A DNA stretch of 64,000 nucleotides. Origin: a virus. The notes beneath the pieces were generated by a model. It saw nothing but the letters and a program-made list of their open reading frames with translations, made no database searches and had not been told where the DNA came from. A program made the translations under genes and the position numbers. Positions within the stretch are counted from its first letter, which is position 1, and each line of letters begins with the position of its first letter. The stretch covers positions 1-64,000 of IMG/VR virus record IMGVR_UViG_3300016643_000133. One strand, 5' to 3'. Below, piece after piece: positions 58,957 to 64,000 of the stretch.

Positions 58957-60068
58957 ATTTAAATTATGACCAGGCCTTGCATTGTGCCAAGGTTTTTGAA
59001 GATTATTTTGGTGATTTCAACCGAATAGATGAGTATATGCGAGAGCAGAAATTAAACTCTCTCGCAGAAATGCCATTTGCTTTGCCAGGTTGTGGACCAG
59101 AAGCAGATTTGTTTGATGATTTTACCATGAACCCACAAGATATGGAGTTTGAGGTTGTTGAACTAGAATCGGCTAGATGGCAATTATATCTGGATATTAT
59201 TTCATCACACAATAATCTATCATCACCTGGCCGTAATGTTCGCTTGGCTGTAATGGAAAAGAAAACTCAGAAATGGGTTGGTTTCATTCGTCTTGGTTCT
59301 CCAACAATTATGATGAAGCCAAGAAATGAACTTCTTGGTTGTGTAATGACAAATGAACTAGAAACAACCAAGGCTTTCAATCGTGCTGCTGCGATGGGTT
59401 TTGTAATTGTACCAGCGCAACCTTTTGGTTTCAATTATCTTGGTGGTAAATTGCTGGCAGGTATCTGTTGTTCACATGAAGTGCGTGAGATATTGAACAA
59501 GAAGTATGGTATGAATACTTGCTTGTTTGAAACCACCAGTTTGTATGGCACCACAAAGTCCGTATCTCAATATGATGGTATGAAACCTTATCTAAGATTT
59601 GGTGGTGTAACTGAATCTGATTTTTTACCAATGATGCATGGCAAACCATATGAAGATTTAAAAGAATATGTTGAAGGTATTGTTGGTGAATTTGTTCCTG
59701 CTGATGCTTCTAGTCGCAAACTAAAGATTAGCAATACGATTATTGCGATGACGAAGGCTGCATTAAAGAACCATAAGAGTGATTATGACACATTTATGGC
59801 CACCATCCAGAAAGCCAAAGGTTTGACTGAAAGAAAACGATACTACTATTCAAACTATGGTTTTTCTAACTTCAAAGATGTGGTGATTGGAAAGTCAGAT
59901 AAACTTGTACCAGACAAGGAAAACTATGATAAATTTCACATGGAGAATATCATAGAATGGTGGAAAAAGAAGGCTTGTAGTAGATTTACAACACTTCAGA
60001 CAGAAAACCGACTGAGAACAGAGATAGAGGTGTGGACAGGCGATAAAGAGATTGACATTATCCGTTAA
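58953..60068 (+). CDS. DUF4338/DruA-like protein, paralog 2
   Basis: IVPAQPFGFNYLGGKLLAGIC; ETTSLYG; SQYDG. Confidence 0.7.
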   Translation: MNLNYDQALHCAKVFEDYFGDFNRIDEYMREQKLNSLAEMPFALPGCGPEADLFDDFTMNPQDMEFEVVELESARWQLYLDIISSHNNLSSPGRNVRLAVMEKKTQKWVGFIRLGSPTIMMKPRNELLGCVMTNELETTKAFNRAAAMGFVIVPAQPFGFNYLGGKLLAGICCSHEVREILNKKYGMNTCLFETTSLYGTTKSVSQYDGMKPYLRFGGVTESDFLPMMHGKPYEDLKEYVEGIVGEFVPADASSRKLKISNTIIAMTKAALKNHKSDYDTFMATIQKAKGLTERKRYYYSNYGFSNFKDVVIGKSDKLVPDKENYDKFHMENIIEWWKKKACSRFTTLQTENRLRTEIEVWTGDKEIDIIR

Positions 60069-60086
60069 TCGTAGTAGGATAAATAC

Positions 60087-61193
60087 ATGAATATGAAAAT
60101 TCCTACTAAAGTCAATACTGATACTTCAAGTCAATCTGGTGCTGGTGCAGAAGTAACTGCATTAGCAGAATCTTTGCAAGCATATGCTTGTGCAACTAGA
60201 CAACACTATGGTAAACCTCTTGGCGATATATCTCAGGTTACAGAAAGAACAATTGCTGATGCTGATTGCGATAGAACACTAAAACAATGTATGAAAGGCC
60301 TTGACGAAAAATGGTTTCTCAGCATCGTAAAAACAGCAAATAAAATTTTTGAAGAAGTTCCTGGAGCTAAAACAGGAAAAAGATTTAAGTTTTACCGTGG
60401 AGGTAGATTTGTAGATTCCATTTACAATCAATGGAGAAAATTTAAAAAAGATAGTGGAATTACTGGTGATGATAAATGGAATCCTGCTGATATTTGGATG
60501 GCCAAAAAAGATTTTAAATTAAAGGATGGTTGGCCAACCCTTAGAGATTATAACCGTTACATCTATGATGAATTTGCAAAAACCAATTTAATTGGTATTT
60601 CTTTAAAAAAATTAGACCCTAAAGCAACTGAAGCACATTCTAAAATTTTTAATAATGGTAAACCACTTATAGCACAGTTTAAAGGAATAAAACTCGGCGC
60701 AAATATGTTTGATTCAAAAGATATCTACATACAATACAAATCAGAAGGCGTTGACGGTGAAATTCAGTTTCGTAATTTTTCTAGCAGACCACAACCATCT
60801 TCTTGGCAAGGAGAAATTAAAGGTAAAAGCGCTGCAGGTGGAAAAATTGGCGGCGGAGTTGTAATGTCTGGTGCTATAGAAGCGGGAGTTCCTAGAACTA
60901 AATTAACACAACCAAATCAAGTGCCAATTGAAAAGCCAAAAGATTCTGACTTTAAAGAATTTGCTATGATGTTTAAATACTTATCAAAATCAAAAGATAA
61001 TTTAGACAACTTAATAATGCAGGCAAAAGCTGGCCACCGAAAAGATAAAACTTGGTGGATGTCCAAATATCTTGGAATTAGTTTAGTATATGCAGTATTA
61101 CAATCAAAAAAAGAAGATGCATTTTGTAAATATATTTTTGAGTATGCTTCATCAGCAACAAAAAATAGTAGTATTTTTATAAAGTATAGCTAA
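60087..61193 (+). CDS. PD-(D/E)XK-like nuclease-fold protein
   Basis: AES helix; KWNPADIW; IGISLKK; TTGACA-N17-TAGGAT (60052-60080) and GATAAATA (60078-60085) upstream. Confidence 0.6.
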   Translation: MNMKIPTKVNTDTSSQSGAGAEVTALAESLQAYACATRQHYGKPLGDISQVTERTIADADCDRTLKQCMKGLDEKWFLSIVKTANKIFEEVPGAKTGKRFKFYRGGRFVDSIYNQWRKFKKDSGITGDDKWNPADIWMAKKDFKLKDGWPTLRDYNRYIYDEFAKTNLIGISLKKLDPKATEAHSKIFNNGKPLIAQFKGIKLGANMFDSKDIYIQYKSEGVDGEIQFRNFSSRPQPSSWQGEIKGKSAAGGKIGGGVVMSGAIEAGVPRTKLTQPNQVPIEKPKDSDFKEFAMMFKYLSKSKDNLDNLIMQAKAGHRKDKTWWMSKYLGISLVYAVLQSKKEDAFCKYIFEYASSATKNSSIFIKYS

Positions 61194-62419
61194 TGAATTT
61201 CACAGAATTTTTAACCGAAGGTAAAGAAGGTAAGAATGTTCACCTTGAGCATATTGAGGATGAAGTTCTAAATTTTGGCGTAACTGGTGCCAGGTCCGCC
61301 ATTAACTTTCTACAATCACTCCGTAATATGTTGGCAGGTCATGCTGAATCAAAAGTGAATATTACTACGAAGTGGGATGGCGCACCTGCTATTTTTGCTG
61401 GTATTAATCCAGAAAATGGTAAATTCTTTGTTGGCACCAAAGGTGTATTCAATGTCAGCCCAAAATTAAATTATACAGATGAAGATATTGATAACAACCA
61501 TCCAACAGAAGGCCTTAATAAAAAACTTAAAGTAGCACTACGCTATCTACCAAAACTCGGCATCAAAGGCATATTGCAAGGCGATATGATGTTTACAAAA
61601 GGTGATATTGATAAGCAAGTAATTGATAATCAATCTTACATTATCTTTCAACCAAATACGATTGTCTATGCTGTGCCATCAGATACGAAACTTGCTCGTT
61701 CAATGTTAGATGCTCAAATTGGTGTGGTATTTCATACATCATATACAGGTAAGAAGATGCAGGATATGAAGGCCTCTTTTAATGTTGATATTGGCGGTCT
61801 CACAAATACTAAAGATGTTTGGTTCCGTGATGCGTCATTTGTTGATACCTCTGGTTCTGCCACATTCACAGAAGAAGAAACGAAGCAATTGACAACCATA
61901 CTTTCTATGGCAGGCAGGACCTTTCAGAGTATTAGTTCTATGGTATTGAATCGTGTTGCTTCAAATGATGTAATTAAAACTTATATCAAAACATTTAATA
62001 ATGCTAAAGTTCGCCAAGGTGCCAAAATTACCAATACAAATCAACATACATTGGAATTGATTCGCTGGGTTGAGGCGAAGCTAAATAAAGATATTGCTGA
62101 TGTAAAAAAAGAAGAAGCAAAAAGAAAGCGTATACAAGCTAAAACGGAAATTATGCGGTTCTTCCGTCAAAATGCAGGACAATTAAGGTCTATATTTGAT
62201 TTACAAAATCTGTTAGTAGATGCAAAACTAATGATTGTTCGTAAATTAGAAACTGTCAAATCAATTGGTACATTTGTAAAAACTGATGATGGTTTCAGAA
62301 TTACTGCACCAGAAGGGTTTGTTGCGGTAGATAGGTTAAAAGGTAATGCAGTTAAATTGGTTGACCGATTAGAATTTAGTCAAGCAAACTTTAATGCTGC
62401 AAAGAATTGGGACAAATAA
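61193..62419 (+). CDS. DUF6267-like protein with ligase/nucleotidyltransferase motifs
   Basis: TKWDGAP, QGDMM, EGFVA, VKLVD; N-terminal MNFTEFLTE. Confidence 0.65.
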   Translation: MNFTEFLTEGKEGKNVHLEHIEDEVLNFGVTGARSAINFLQSLRNMLAGHAESKVNITTKWDGAPAIFAGINPENGKFFVGTKGVFNVSPKLNYTDEDIDNNHPTEGLNKKLKVALRYLPKLGIKGILQGDMMFTKGDIDKQVIDNQSYIIFQPNTIVYAVPSDTKLARSMLDAQIGVVFHTSYTGKKMQDMKASFNVDIGGLTNTKDVWFRDASFVDTSGSATFTEEETKQLTTILSMAGRTFQSISSMVLNRVASNDVIKTYIKTFNNAKVRQGAKITNTNQHTLELIRWVEAKLNKDIADVKKEEAKRKRIQAKTEIMRFFRQNAGQLRSIFDLQNLLVDAKLMIVRKLETVKSIGTFVKTDDGFRITAPEGFVAVDRLKGNAVKLVDRLEFSQANFNAAKNWDK

Positions 62420-62691
62420 TGGCATACGATATTACTAAAATTTTAGCAGAGTATGGTGAAGATGACTTTGGGTTTACTACAGTTGATGAAGCTGAATATC
62501 AAGCAGTTATTGCTGAGAAAGATGAAACTGTAGAAGAATACAAAGCTAGGTTAGCACAGGTAGAAAAGATTATTATGCCTTTTCTTACTAACCTTTATAA
62601 GTCAGCTAATCAACCATATATTCATTGGCCAAACCGTGGTCCAATTATTGAAAAACAAATGCAAAAGATTCTTACTTTGACGAGGGGTTAA
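62419..62691 (+). CDS. Hypothetical protein
   Basis: DDFGFT; YIHWPNR; TAATG coupling. Confidence 0.7.
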   Translation: MAYDITKILAEYGEDDFGFTTVDEAEYQAVIAEKDETVEEYKARLAQVEKIIMPFLTNLYKSANQPYIHWPNRGPIIEKQMQKILTLTRG

Positions 62692-63017
62692 TGTTTAAAA
62701 GTAAGGTAGATGAAGCTGCATATGTTGGCAACATTGGTATGATGGAACTAATGAGATTTCACCAAAAAGCCAATGCAGAACAAAAAAAGAAACTTCAACA
62801 ACATATAAAGAATAAAGAAAGTGGTAAAGCTTGGGACCACATTCAACAAGTTACTGGCATGAAGTTGCATAAGAGTGTAAAAGAAGAAGCAAAGCCAGAT
62901 ATTTTGCCTGTTGCTGGTGCTGGCCAATGGGGAACAGATACACTACGGCGAAATTATCAAAATGCAACACCTGGCCAAGGAATAAAACGATTTAAGGATT
63001 ATAACAAGCATAAGTAA
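62691..63017 (+). CDS. Hypothetical protein (possible internal head protein)
   Basis: VDEA and VKEE sites; GAGQWGT..YQNATPGQ. Confidence 0.6.
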   Translation: MFKSKVDEAAYVGNIGMMELMRFHQKANAEQKKKLQQHIKNKESGKAWDHIQQVTGMKLHKSVKEEAKPDILPVAGAGQWGTDTLRRNYQNATPGQGIKRFKDYNKHK

Positions 63018-63039
63018 TTAATAACAACTGAGGTTTATT

Positions 63040-63876
63040 ATGAAAGATTTGATAATCGGCACAAGTACCAACTATGATTGGTCCAAATTAAAATATTGGG
63101 TCAACTCAATCAACAAATCAGGATTCCAAGGTGATAAGGTCCTGGTTCTTCTCAACTGCGATAGAGACACCATAAAAAAAGTCCAAGAAGCAGGGTTCAT
63201 TGTCGTTGGCACCAAACAAGATGACAATGGAAATTTAGTATACCAATCAAGTATTCCTGTTCATGTAGAGCGCTTTCTACATATGCACGCTTTCTTAGAA
63301 AAAAGAGAGTATCGCTATGTCATCACTACAGATGTAAAAGATGTGGTGTTTCAGCGTAACCCAATTGACTATATTGAAAAAACACTCAATGATGATAAAG
63401 AGTTGATGTTTGCTTCAGAATCTTTGCGTTACTTTGATGAACCATGGGGAAATCAAAACCTAATGGACACATATGGCAATTACATCTATGACCATTATAA
63501 AGGTAATGAAATTTATAATGTTGGCGTTTTGGCTGGCACAGGTCAAGCGATGAAAGAATTGTTTATCAATATCTTTGCTGCAGCTATTGGCCGACCAATT
63601 CCTATTTGTGACCAATCAACCTTTAACTTTATGATTCAAAGCACATGGTTTAGAAAAACATCCGTGTATTTGAGGTCTGAAGATGCTTGGGCTGCACAAC
63701 TTGGCACAACAGCGGATCCATCTAAAATAGAACAGTTTAGACCTTTATTGGTAGAACCTGAACCAAAAATGGAAAATGGTGAAATCACAACATCTGCCAA
63801 TATACCCTTTACAATTGTGCATCAGTATGATAGAATTCCTTATTGGAAAAATGTGATAGAGGCAAAATATGGCTAA
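63040..63876 (+). CDS. GT-A fold glycosyltransferase-like protein
   Basis: TDVKDVVFQRNP; YNVGV; DQSTFN; VHQYDR. Confidence 0.75.
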   Translation: MKDLIIGTSTNYDWSKLKYWVNSINKSGFQGDKVLVLLNCDRDTIKKVQEAGFIVVGTKQDDNGNLVYQSSIPVHVERFLHMHAFLEKREYRYVITTDVKDVVFQRNPIDYIEKTLNDDKELMFASESLRYFDEPWGNQNLMDTYGNYIYDHYKGNEIYNVGVLAGTGQAMKELFINIFAAAIGRPIPICDQSTFNFMIQSTWFRKTSVYLRSEDAWAAQLGTTADPSKIEQFRPLLVEPEPKMENGEITTSANIPFTIVHQYDRIPYWKNVIEAKYG

Positions 63877-64000
63877 AAAAGTATTAGTAACTGGTGGTGC
63901 AGGTTTTATTGCACACCATCTGATTGAAACATTGATACAAAAAACTGATTGGGAGATTGTATCATTAGACCGTTTGGACTTTTCTGGTAATCTAAATCGT
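63869..64000 (+). CDS. NDP-sugar 4,6-dehydratase/epimerase (partial, runs off the window)
   Basis: MAKKVLVTGGAGFIAHH...LDRLDFSGNLNR. Confidence 0.85.
   Translation, partial: MAKKVLVTGGAGFIAHHLIETLIQKTDWEIVSLDRLDFSGNLNR

Overview
64 kb segment of a large, AT-rich T4-like (Tevenvirinae/Kyanoviridae-style) myophage, probably from an aquatic host. The ahpC-ahpD pair suggests a proteobacterial host (inference). Nearly all genes are on the + strand. Order: fibre/structural genes, neck-tail-head module (gp13-15, gp16, gp17, gp18-23, gp3), uvsY/uvsW, a ~9.3 kb inserted operon for unusual sugar chemistry (B12 radical SAM, TPP E1 alpha/beta, heptose-type GHMP kinase, His-type PLP dehydratase, epimerase and others), gp55-47-46, def, a peptidase-vWA/CobS pair, clamp/loader, regA, hsp20, dCMP deaminase, ahpC/ahpD, gp43, uvsX, gp41, and late accessory genes. 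Most notable signals: (i) a covarying two-hairpin leader shared by two divergent HNH/NUMOD3 genes, (ii) a promoter-driven 63-nt tRNA-like RNA lacking a normal anticodon loop, (iii) the sugar-modification island, (iv) a ligase-fold protein with a capsid-targeting-like N-terminus, (v) two DUF4338/DruA-like paralogs, (vi) an H-type pseudoknot leader, a ROSE-like thermometer and an OxyR-like box, and (vii) a structural gene with an AUC start plus a nuclease gene broken by one amber codon. No database searches were run; family names come from motif recognition.
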